This document shows positions 46,163-55,601 of a DNA stretch of 64,000 nucleotides, piece by piece. Position 1 is the first letter of the stretch. The number at the start of each line of letters is the position of its first letter. Source of the DNA: Dehalococcoidia bacterium (GTDB lineage: Bacteria; Chloroflexota; Dehalococcoidia; Lucifugimonadales; UBA3495); assembly GCA_965197555.1 (NCBI GenBank), contig OZ240213.1:2603671-2667670 (forward strand). The letters are read 5' to 3'. The notes under the pieces were generated by a model, which was not told the origin of the DNA, did not search any database, and worked only from the letters and a program-made list of their open reading frames with translations. A program made the translations under genes and the position numbers.

Positions 46163-47365
46163 TTATCCTCGGGGCATCCCCAGGCCTCGGCGGGCAACCT
46201 GGTCTCGCATGACTTGTACGCTGCCGTGGTTTATGCCGGACTGGAACGAGCCCATAACGTTGTGGGCGAATAACCCGTCTTCAATGGCGTCCGGGGAGCC
46301 GTTCAGCAACTGGGCGTAGGGCCCGAGAATTTGGGTTATGGTCTCGGTGGTCCTCATTCCGTGTTCCGGCGCCCACACCTTTTCGGCGGAGCCCTCGTAA
46401 GTGAACTCAGCGTCCCGTTCCACCAGCGACATGCTGCGCATGGTCATGAGCCGACAGACTTGGGCTTCGATCCACAGCTCTGCCAGCTTGTCCCTGACGG
46501 CAGGGTCATCGCCCAATGAGCGGCCTTCGATCGGGTTTTCCTTAATCCAGTTGATGATGTCTTCGTCCCTGCGTACAGAGATCAGGTACCGGCTGGCCCC
46601 TACCCGGTCCAGGTTCAGGCCCATTGCCCCCACGTACCACCCCATGTTCTCATCGCCCAACAACGCCGACTGGGGTACCCGGACCTCTTCGAAGAAGACT
46701 TCGTTGGTGCGGGCCATACCATAGGTGGTGCCCACCGGCGCCGGTGGGTCGCTCTGAATGGTCCACAGCGGTCTTACGGTAAGTCCCGGAGTATCCATTG
46801 GTACCAGGAATATGGATATTCCTCGATGCCTGGGGGCGTCGGGGTCCGTGCGGGCCATCAAATAAATGTGACTCGCGTAGTGGGCCGAAGAGGTGAACAT
46901 CTTCTGGCCGTTGATGACGTAGTCGTCGCCGTCCCGCACCGCACGGCACTGAAGGCCGGCCAAGTCGGCGCCGGCTTGGGGCTCGGTAAATCCCAGGGCA
47001 AAGATTATTTCCCCGGTCAGAATCCTGGGGACAAAGTACTTCTTTTGCTCTTCGGTGCCAGCGGCCAGAATGGCAGGAGCCCCGCTGCCCGCGCCACCGA
47101 CGTTGATGCCGACCCTGGCAAACTCTTCTTCAACGATGTACTGGTCCAGACGGTTGCCACCCTGTCCTCCGTACTCCTTAGGGTAGCTGATGCCCACCCA
47201 ACCTCTGTCAGCGATGTTCTGATAAACCTTCTGCAGCTTGGGACCCCGGCTCCCCTCTATGGTGTCACTGACCTCCGCCAGCACATCGGGGGTAACGTGC
47301 TCGGTGATGAATTGGCGGACCTCGTCGCGTAGGGCTTCCTGCTCCAACGTATATCCAAAATCCAT
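46163..47365 (-). CDS. acyl-CoA dehydrogenase family protein
   Basis: 400 aa. ALGFTEPQAGADLAGLQCRAVRDGDDYVINGQKMFTS, EQKKYFVPRILTGE. Confidence 0.9.
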   Translation of the reverse strand: MDFGYTLEQEALRDEVRQFITEHVTPDVLAEVSDTIEGSRGPKLQKVYQNIADRGWVGISYPKEYGGQGGNRLDQYIVEEEFARVGINVGGAGSGAPAILAAGTEEQKKYFVPRILTGEIIFALGFTEPQAGADLAGLQCRAVRDGDDYVINGQKMFTSSAHYASHIYLMARTDPDAPRHRGISIFLVPMDTPGLTVRPLWTIQSDPPAPVGTTYGMARTNEVFFEEVRVPQSALLGDENMGWYVGAMGLNLDRVGASRYLISVRRDEDIINWIKENPIEGRSLGDDPAVRDKLAELWIEAQVCRLMTMRSMSLVERDAEFTYEGSAEKVWAPEHGMRTTETITQILGPYAQLLNGSPDAIEDGLFAHNVMGSFQSGINHGSVQVMRDQVARRGLGMPRG

Positions 47366-47495
47366 TCGCTGCTTCTCCCTATGTGCTCGCCGTCGTCCGC
47401 CGGGTATTTGCCATTTTGCGTTTACCAGCCAACGGTGTCAAGAGTAGCCTGTTCGGCGTATGGTCTTATAGTTGTCCTACTACCGTAAGCAAGTC

Positions 47496-47532
47496 CGTTC
47501 GTGGTGAGCCCTCGGCAGCCTCAGGGCGAACG
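47496..47532. repeat. solo hairpin related to the 51.4-51.8 kb repeat family
   Basis: CGTTCGTGGTGAGCCCTCGGCAGCCTCAGGGCGAACG. It shares GGTGAGCCCT(T)CGGCAG and the CTCAGGGCGAACG / CGTTCG arms with the tandem array units. Confidence 0.45.
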
Positions 47533-47604
47533 AAAGGATTAATGATAAGGTGGTAGGGTGTTGTTCTCTCTGCGGTAACGGTTGGAAACTCGCTACCTCT
47601 GATG

Positions 47605-49446
47605 CTATTTCATATTTTCCGCCAAGACCGGCTGCAATGCTTCAATAAGCGGCGGCAAATATTTTTGCCACTCGCCAACGATACCATAGTCCGCGCCCTT
47701 GAATATGGCGTGTCTGGCATTACTGTTGATGGCGATTATGAACCCGGCTTTTTGAATGCCCACCATGTGGTTGAACGCCCCCCGAATTCCCACGGCGATA
47801 TAGACTTTGGGGGCGATGGTGCGGCCGCTGATCCCGACTTGCACTTGGGCTGGCAGCCAGCCCTCGTGGACTACATTCCGGGTTGTCGCTAGGGTCGCGC
47901 CTATAGACTCGGCCAATGCCTGGATCTGGGACAGGTTCTCAGGTCCGCCGATGCCCATGCCCACGCTGAGCACAACCGGCGCCTGGGTTAACGCGATCGC
48001 GCCCAAGTCTTCCTCGATGTGCTCCTCGATCACTTCTATCTCCGGACCCTGCGCCGGAGTGGGGACCAAGGGTTCCACCGTAGCCCGGGCGGCTTGCTCC
48101 GGGGCAATGGGAGTAAGCAGTCCAGGCCGCAGGGTGACCAAGTTGGGTAACGTCTTGGACAGAATCGGGGCGACAACGTTTCCACCCAGCGCGGGTTTGA
48201 GCTGCACCAGACGGCCCTCTTCGTCGACTTCCAGGTCGATAGCGTCGCCGGTGAGGCCGAGCTCCAGGCGGGCGGCGATGCGGGATGCCAGGTCTCGTCC
48301 GTCGGAGGTGGATGGAAAGAGCACCGCATAAGGGGACTGCTGACTGATCGCCTCGGCCAGGGCCACCGACACATTACGTCCGTAGATGGGTCCCAGGTTG
48401 GAGATGTCCAGGGTCAGTACCCGGTCTGCTCCGTATACGGCCAGTTGGTCGGCCAAGTCTGACCGGTTTGAGCCGATCAACACGCCGACCACTTCACTTC
48501 GCGTGAAAGAAGTTAGCTCTCGGGCCTTTCCCAGCAGCTCCAGGGTCACTTGTCGCAGGCCGCCGCCGGACTGCTCCGCCACCACCCAGATGCTTTTATC
48601 TCGCCTATCCGGAAATCGGGTCGTTGCCGGAGAGTTGGTCACGGCCCTGCTCGTCTCAGAGGCTATCAGCCCTTCGCTCAACCTGGCTGCGACTTCTGTC
48701 GCTGCCAGCGTTGGGTCTTCTTCTTGGATGACCTCGCCCCTGCGATCAGGCTCAATCAAGCGTATGTCCTGTACCCAGGTCGGGGAGCCAGTGGCACCGA
48801 ATAGTGCCGTGTCGGAGGACAGTTGGGCGCAATTTAGCTCTTCTATCGGCATCTCATCGGCCCGGTCCATCTGCTCCCGGTTGGGGTACGTCTCCGGGGC
48901 TACCCCCTCGGTGACGCAAGCCACCGCAGGTAGCGGACATTCGATAACCTGGTAGCCCTCGTCGTGTATACGCTCCACCCTTATAGTGTTGGAACCGGTT
49001 AGGATGTCGAGCTTACGCACGTGACTCACGTGAGGCAGGTCTAGCAGCTCAGCGATCTCCGGCCCTACCTGACCTGTCTCGGCGTCGGTGCTATTGCGGC
49101 CGCAGATTATTAAGTCGGGCTTCTCCTTGTTCAAGACCAAGGAAAGGGCGCGGGCCGTGGCCAGCGTATCCGACCCGGCCAAGGCACGGTCGGTGAGCAG
49201 CACGGCTCGGTCGGCGCCCAGCGCCAGGCATTGGGTCAAGCCGTCCCGGGTCTGAGGCGGACCCATGGATAGGACCACCACCTCGTCTTCCGGTCCCGTC
49301 TTTAGCTCCACGGCGCGGACCAAGCCAAGCTGGTCGAAAATGTTGACCTCGGACGGGACGCCTTCTCTAATTATGGTCCTCTCCTCGTAGTCGAATCTGA
49401 TCCGGGAGACGACCGGAACGTACTTCATACAGACGGCTATTTTCAT
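47605..49446 (-). CDS. fused electron transfer flavoprotein, EtfB-EtfA in one polypeptide
   Basis: 613 aa. N-terminal EtfB (MKIAVCMKYVPVVSRIRFDY...), a linker of about 45 aa, then EtfA (SIWVVAEQSGGGLRQVTLELLGKAREL ... YIAVGIRGAFNHMVGIQKAGFIIAINSNARHAIFKGADYGIVGEW). Confidence 0.85.
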   Translation of the reverse strand: MKIAVCMKYVPVVSRIRFDYEERTIIREGVPSEVNIFDQLGLVRAVELKTGPEDEVVVLSMGPPQTRDGLTQCLALGADRAVLLTDRALAGSDTLATARALSLVLNKEKPDLIICGRNSTDAETGQVGPEIAELLDLPHVSHVRKLDILTGSNTIRVERIHDEGYQVIECPLPAVACVTEGVAPETYPNREQMDRADEMPIEELNCAQLSSDTALFGATGSPTWVQDIRLIEPDRRGEVIQEEDPTLAATEVAARLSEGLIASETSRAVTNSPATTRFPDRRDKSIWVVAEQSGGGLRQVTLELLGKARELTSFTRSEVVGVLIGSNRSDLADQLAVYGADRVLTLDISNLGPIYGRNVSVALAEAISQQSPYAVLFPSTSDGRDLASRIAARLELGLTGDAIDLEVDEEGRLVQLKPALGGNVVAPILSKTLPNLVTLRPGLLTPIAPEQAARATVEPLVPTPAQGPEIEVIEEHIEEDLGAIALTQAPVVLSVGMGIGGPENLSQIQALAESIGATLATTRNVVHEGWLPAQVQVGISGRTIAPKVYIAVGIRGAFNHMVGIQKAGFIIAINSNARHAIFKGADYGIVGEWQKYLPPLIEALQPVLAENMK

Positions 49447-49530
49447 GCCCGGCCTTTCATTAGGGATTGTCCAGGACCAATCCCGCGTTGTGAAATCTTC
49501 CCGCAGACCCTTTTAGAGGCCGCGGGGGAA

Positions 49531-50898
49531 TCAGTCGTCCACCAGCTCTGTCCGTACTCGCTCCGTCAGACGGTCGAGGGCTGCGCTGGTGGTGACTGGA
49601 TAAAGAGGGGGGTCAACCAAAGTCTTGAATCGGTCTTCCAAGGTTTCGAATTCCTGGCGGAACCGTTCTCGTATCTCCGTCAAACTTGGGTGCGGACTGG
49701 TAGGCTGGCCATCCTTCATCACTTGGGTCAATAGGCCTTCACCTTCCGGTGCCTCTTCATCGCCGAGGGCAATGACGTCCTGTGCCATTGCTCCATCACT
49801 CCCCAGGAGGCGGTAGACCTGCTTGGCGCCAGGAAAAGAGACTTTGCCGGTGCTGAGCTTCATCACCGGCCTGTTGTTGTAGCAGACTATCTTATAGGCC
49901 ATGTCCGTCCAGGGAGCATCGGCCGAAACACCCACCTTGGTCCCCACACCGAAAATATCGATGGGAGCGCCGCCTTGAATAAGGTCCGCAACCTGGTGTT
50001 CGTCCAGCCCTCCGCTGGCCACAATCCTAACGTAGTCCAATCCGGCTTCATCAAATATCCGCCGTACCTCCTTACTCAGCGTGCCGAAGTCGCCGGAGTC
50101 GATGCGTACGGCGAACAATCGATGGCCCCTGGCCTCCAACTCTTTTGCTACTTTCACACCCTTATAGGCGCCCTGAATGGTGTCGTAGGTGTCCAGGAGC
50201 AATATACATCTGTCTGGGAAAGTTTCAGCATAAGCCCGGAAGGCTGCGATTTCCGAGGTAAAGCTGGAAATAAAAGAATGGGCCATGGTCCCAGATGGTG
50301 GTATCCCGTAGCGCTTGGCCGCCAACACGTTGCTAGTGGACTGGAACCCCACCATGTACCCGCAACGGGCCATCTTGAGCCCCGCGTCCAAGCCTTGGGT
50401 GCGGCGTGATCCAAAGTCGGTCGCCACCCGTCCGTCGGCAGCCCAGATGCAACGCGCCGCTTTCGTGGCTAGCAACGACTGGAGATTTATCTGGTTTACG
50501 ATAAAAGTCTCAGCAAGTTGGGCCTCAATAATCGGAGCAGTCACTTCCAATACAGGCTCGTTGGCAAAGAAGAGCCGACCTTCGGGCATCGCCCGGACGC
50601 TTCCTGTGAATCGTACCCCGCTCAGGTACTCCACGAAGTTGGACGTAAAGATTCCGGTGCTTCGCAGATAGTCCAGGCTGGCCTGGCTAAAGCTAAAGTT
50701 AGCCAAATAGTCAAGCACGTCCTCCAGCCCTGCTGAGATCAGATACCCTCGGTTGGGAGGGTACCGACGGATGAACAGGCTAAAGGCCGCCTGGCCAAAC
50801 ATCCGCCGATCAAAAAAGGCCTGCGCCATGGTCAACTCGTATAGATCGGCAAACAGGCACAGGTCTTCTTGGGGAAGGGTTAGTTTGGATGTATTCAT
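49531..50898 (-). CDS. pncB: nicotinate phosphoribosyltransferase
   Basis: 455 aa. FADLYELTMAQAFF, GSRRTQG, GTMAHSFI, VRIDSGD. These are NAPRTase family motifs. Confidence 0.9.
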   Translation of the reverse strand: MNTSKLTLPQEDLCLFADLYELTMAQAFFDRRMFGQAAFSLFIRRYPPNRGYLISAGLEDVLDYLANFSFSQASLDYLRSTGIFTSNFVEYLSGVRFTGSVRAMPEGRLFFANEPVLEVTAPIIEAQLAETFIVNQINLQSLLATKAARCIWAADGRVATDFGSRRTQGLDAGLKMARCGYMVGFQSTSNVLAAKRYGIPPSGTMAHSFISSFTSEIAAFRAYAETFPDRCILLLDTYDTIQGAYKGVKVAKELEARGHRLFAVRIDSGDFGTLSKEVRRIFDEAGLDYVRIVASGGLDEHQVADLIQGGAPIDIFGVGTKVGVSADAPWTDMAYKIVCYNNRPVMKLSTGKVSFPGAKQVYRLLGSDGAMAQDVIALGDEEAPEGEGLLTQVMKDGQPTSPHPSLTEIRERFRQEFETLEDRFKTLVDPPLYPVTTSAALDRLTERVRTELVDD

Positions 50899-51052
50899 TA
50901 CCTGGCGGCTATTGTATTCAGATGAAGGTCACATAAAGCAAGAGCGGTCACATATCATATCCCCTGGGGGAACCACTATTATGTTGGTGGCCTTCGAGCC
51001 GTGTCAACTTGAGAGGTATGGAGTGCGTCACATCGCCCGTGCCTGGTGTTTC

Positions 51053-51081
51053 TTGACACACATACCGTGGGTTAGTACCAT
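51053..51081 (+). promoter_or_regulatory. putative promoter of the S-box leader
   Basis: TTGACA (51053-51058), 17-nt spacer, TACCAT (51076-51081), about 35 nt upstream of riboswitch helix P1. Confidence 0.4.
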
Positions 51082-51115
51082 TATGGCCGTTAACAAGCGA
51101 ATACCGACCTTTAAA

Positions 51116-51258
51116 CCCTTTATCCAGAACGGCTGAGGGGACGGCCCGACGAAGCCTGGCAACCGGTCCTGTAACTGCGAGGTGCGTGTTGGAGGATACG
51201 GTGCTAATTCCGGCGCTCTTTCGGTGTACCTTTGACGGAAAGCGCGAGAGATGAGGGG
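51116..51258 (+). promoter_or_regulatory. SAM-I (S-box) riboswitch aptamer
   Basis: Conserved blocks match remembered SAM-I sequences. They are UUAUCCAGAACGGCUGAGGGGACGGCCCGACGAAGCCUGGCAACC, GGUGCUAAUUCC (51200-51211) and GAGAGAUGAGGGG. P1 pairs CCCUUUAUC (51116-51124) with GAUGAGGGG (51250-51258). Confidence 0.85.
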
Positions 51259-51272
51259 CTCAGGATGCAATT

Positions 51273-51302
51273 GAGCTTCTCTGCGGGAGAAGCTCTTTTT
51301 TT
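51273..51302 (+). terminator. intrinsic terminator (expression platform of the S-box leader)
   Basis: 9-bp stem GAGCTTCTC / GAGAAGCTC, loop TGCGG, followed by T7. It is strand-specific because there is no U-tract on the other strand. Confidence 0.8.
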
Positions 51303-51378
51303 GGTCAAAGACTAATACCCTGTTTCAACAGGTGGCGCGAACTGCCAGGTGGTTCCGCTGTCACATAATAGCTACTAA

Positions 51379-51833
51379 GAAACTATCTCGGAACCTGAGC
51401 CCGACGGCCCTTCGACAGGCTCAGAGCGAACGGGGAGATTCGCATTAGGCGGAGAATTACAATATGGTGAGCCCTTCGGCAGGCGCGGGATAGGCTTGTC
51501 GAACCAGGAACCGACGGTCCTTCGACAGGCTCAGAGCAAACGGGGAGATTCGCACTAGGCGGAGAATTACAATATGGTGAGCCCTTCGGCAGGCGCGGGA
51601 CAGGCGTGTCGAAACCTGAGCCCGATGGCCCTTCGACAGGCTCAGAGCAAACGGGGAGATTCGCACTAGGCGGAGAATTACAATATGGTGAGTCCTTCGG
51701 CAGGCGCGGGACAGGCGTGTCGAACCACGAACCGATGGCCCTTCGACAGGCTCAGGGCGAACGAGTCATATTTGCCCTCCGTTCGTGCTGAGCTTGTCGA
51801 AGCACAGGTTGGGTGAGCGCCTCACATCTTGAG
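51379..51833. repeat. MITE-like insertion built of ~110-bp tandem repeats (3 full units plus partial ends)
   Basis: Units start at 51411, 51521, 51632 and 51742 (periods 110/111/110) and are near-identical. Subterminal inverted repeats are CTTCGACAGGCTCAGAGCGAACG (51410-) and CGTTCGTGCTGAGCTTGTCGAAG (-51802), each 31 nt from the flank. The element is flanked by the exact 11-bp direct repeat ATAGCTACTAA (51368-51378 and 51834-51844). Confidence 0.8.
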
Positions 51834-51861
51834 ATAGCTACTAACACCGGTGGAGTAGAAG

Positions 51862-52914
51862 TTGGAGGAGATCAGGCCGATCCAGTGGACTGGCAAGACG
51901 ATTAGGCTGCTGGACCAGACCAAGATTCCCCAGGAGCGGGTTACGTTTGAAGCCCGCAGCTATCTGGAGGCCGTGGACGCCATCCGGGAGATGCGGGTAA
52001 GGGGAGCCCCCGCTATCGGGGTTACCGCCGCTTACGCCGTGGCGATGGCTGCCCAGGACATCCCTGTCATTGATCCTGAAAAATTTATGGACCGTCTCAG
52101 GGATGCAGCCAAACAGATTGCCGCCGCGCGTCCAACCGCAGTGAACCTTCGCTGGGCTGTGGACAGGATGCTCAGGGTGGCCGAGGCCCAGTCCAAGGTT
52201 GAAGAAGTAACAGCCCGTTTGGTTGCTGAGGCGCGTCAGCTCCAGGAAGAGGATGAGGAGATCAACCGGCGCATGGGTGATCACGGTAAGGAACTGATGC
52301 CCGAGGGTGGTGCGGTTCTTACCCACTGCAATACCGGGGCCCTGGCCACCTCCGCGTTTGGAACGGCCTTGGGCGTAATCCGCGCCGGATGGGAATCCGG
52401 GAAGCGGTTCGATGTGTTTAACACCGAGACCCGGCCTTTCTTGCAGGGAGCCCGTTTGACCTCCTGGGAATTCCAGCAACTTGGCATACCCGCGACGTTG
52501 ATCGTGGACTCGGCTGCAGGAATGATGATGGAGCGAGGCAAGATCAGCTGCGTTATCACCGGGGCCGATCGCATAGCCGCCAATGGTGATACGGCCAACA
52601 AAGTGGGAACCTATTCTTTGGCGGTCTTGGCTAAGGAGAACAACCTGCCGTTCTACGTTGCAGCCCCGACCAGCACCGTTGACTTGGGGCTGGTAACAGG
52701 CGACGAAATTCAGATAGAGGAGAGGCCGCAGGAAGAAGTCACTCATTTTCGGGGCCAATGGGTGGCTCCCGAGGGAATATCAGCTTTGAACCCGGCATTC
52801 GATGTGACCCCTAACCGGTTTATCTCAGCGATAATCACTGAGTCCGGGATCGCCAAACCTCCGTATCACGAGAGTTTGAAGCTGGCCGTCGGGGCAGGTG
52901 GAATTGGTTCATAA
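51862..52914 (+). CDS. mtnA: S-methyl-5-thioribose-1-phosphate isomerase
   Basis: 350 aa. IRPIQWTGKTIRLLDQTKIP, MRVRGAPAIG, THCNTGALAT, ITGADRIAANGDTANKVGTY. TTG start with GGTGGAG RBS. Confidence 0.9.
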   Translation: MEEIRPIQWTGKTIRLLDQTKIPQERVTFEARSYLEAVDAIREMRVRGAPAIGVTAAYAVAMAAQDIPVIDPEKFMDRLRDAAKQIAAARPTAVNLRWAVDRMLRVAEAQSKVEEVTARLVAEARQLQEEDEEINRRMGDHGKELMPEGGAVLTHCNTGALATSAFGTALGVIRAGWESGKRFDVFNTETRPFLQGARLTSWEFQQLGIPATLIVDSAAGMMMERGKISCVITGADRIAANGDTANKVGTYSLAVLAKENNLPFYVAAPTSTVDLGLVTGDEIQIEERPQEEVTHFRGQWVAPEGISALNPAFDVTPNRFISAIITESGIAKPPYHESLKLAVGAGGIGS

Positions 52915-52998
52915 TGTATTCCAAGATTTCCAACAAGGGAGGGCCCCCGACCCCTATGGGTAATTGTTTGATGCTGATAGCGCCTTGGGAATATCCCT

Positions 52999-53880
52999 TT
53001 GAGTAACTCATTGGAAGCGACCATCGGGGTCATCGGTGGAACCGGTTTGTATCGCATGGAAGGGTTGTCGCAGGTGGAGTTCATTGAACCATGCACCCCG
53101 TTCGGCAAACCCAGCGATGCCATAGCCGTCGGTTCTCTGGACGGAGTTCCTGTGGCGTTCCTACCCAGGCACGGGCGGGGGCACCGGCTCAACCCTACCC
53201 GGATTCCAGTTCGAGCTAACATTTACGCTCTAAAGAGCTTGGGGGTGCAGCGGGTCATCTCGGTTAGCGCCGTAGGCAGTCTCAAGGAGGAGTATGCGCC
53301 CTTAGACTTGGTCTTGCCTGATCAGTTGATTGACCGGACTAGTCAAAGGACCAGCACCTTTTTCGATGAGGAGTTGGTGGCCCACATCAGCCTGGCCGAC
53401 CCGTTCTGCCACGCCACCAGCAAGGTCTTACAGGGGAGCGCCGAGGGACTGGGGACCAATGTGCACTTCGGTGGTACACTCGTGGTGATGGAGGGACCCG
53501 CTTTTTCGACTAGGGCCGAGTCCTTCATGTACCGGTCTTGGGGGGCGGATGTCATTGGCATGACGACCTTGCCTGAGGCCAAGCTCGCCCGGGAGGCGGA
53601 GATGTGCTATGCCACCATGGCGTGGGTCACCGATTATGATTGCTGGCACCAAACGGAAGAGGCGGTGACGGTTGAGCTCATCCTACAAAATTTGCTGATA
53701 AACGTAGCCACCTCTAAAGAGTTGCTGAAGGATGTGATACCCAAGTTGGAGGAACCGCCGCATTGTTCTTGCCCGTCTGCGCTCGAAGATGCCATTGTTA
53801 CACCATCTGACCAAATTCCGGATGACATAAAACAAAGGTTGGCCCCCATATTAGACCGGTACCTCAAGCAGCGGCTGTAG
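52999..53880 (+). CDS. mtnP: S-methyl-5-prime-thioadenosine phosphorylase
   Basis: 293 aa. IGVIGGTGLY, FLPRHGRGHR, VISVSAVGSL, GMTTLPEAKLAREAEMCYA. TTG start (52999 or 53011). Confidence 0.9.
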   Translation: MSNSLEATIGVIGGTGLYRMEGLSQVEFIEPCTPFGKPSDAIAVGSLDGVPVAFLPRHGRGHRLNPTRIPVRANIYALKSLGVQRVISVSAVGSLKEEYAPLDLVLPDQLIDRTSQRTSTFFDEELVAHISLADPFCHATSKVLQGSAEGLGTNVHFGGTLVVMEGPAFSTRAESFMYRSWGADVIGMTTLPEAKLAREAEMCYATMAWVTDYDCWHQTEEAVTVELILQNLLINVATSKELLKDVIPKLEEPPHCSCPSALEDAIVTPSDQIPDDIKQRLAPILDRYLKQRL

Positions 53881-53891
53881 GAGGATTAAGA

Positions 53892-54251
53892 ATGCCAAGG
53901 CAGGACCCGGGGGAGCCGTACTACCGAGTGGACTCCAACGAAGCCAACGGTATGCTACTGGCGGACCCCCAGAATACAGTAATCGTCGATGTCCGGCGGG
54001 ACGATGAATGGGTGACCGGCCACGTAACCGGGGCTGTTCACATACCTATTGATGACCTAACCGACAATATGGACCGGGTACCGCAGGACAAAAGGCTACT
54101 TTTTATATGCGCCGCAGGTGTACGTAGCGGCCTCGCTTGCGAGATGGCGGCTTCCATGGGGTACGACTCCGAGAACCTCTACAACATCGAAGATGGTACT
54201 CCAGTCTGGATCTCGGGCAACCACCCAACGTCCTATGGTGATGATCCGTGA
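53892..54251 (+). CDS. rhodanese-like domain protein
   Basis: 119 aa. VIVDVRRDDEWVTGHVTGAVHIP and active-site loop FICAAGVRSG. RBS AGGAGGA. Confidence 0.85.
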   Translation: MPRQDPGEPYYRVDSNEANGMLLADPQNTVIVDVRRDDEWVTGHVTGAVHIPIDDLTDNMDRVPQDKRLLFICAAGVRSGLACEMAASMGYDSENLYNIEDGTPVWISGNHPTSYGDDP

Positions 54252-54291
54252 CCCCGCGGCTGCAAAACATCAAGTCTCTAACTCAGATTAA

Positions 54292-55575
<1,284 letters not shown>

Positions 55576-55601
55576 GAATAGCGAATTCAGGAGTTGTGTA
55601 A

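Noticed and set aside
45979-46197. 72-aa ORF in the gap between the two acyl-CoA dehydrogenase genes
   Set aside because: It overlaps the 3-prime end of the upstream ACAD, has no RBS and no recognisable domain. The Cys pattern is not a convincing zinc ribbon.
50753-51270. ORFs 50753-51136 (+) and 51028-51270 (-) between pncB and mtnA
   Set aside because: They overlap the pncB start region and the SAM-I riboswitch, and the RNA element explains the conservation-like structure. There are no RBSs.
51457-51791. ORFs 51457-51666 (-) and 51606-51791 (+) as protein genes
   Set aside because: They are translations of the 110-bp tandem repeat (repeating RISPFALSLSK and LRQAQGER peptides), without RBS. 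They are spurious.
51841-52758. 305-aa minus-strand ORF opposite mtnA, and similar long antisense ORFs elsewhere (e.g. 765-1169, 12628-13257, 38663-39442, 40301-40900, 44929-45612)
   Set aside because: These are typical antisense open frames of high-GC coding DNA. In each case the sense strand has strong family-level motifs.
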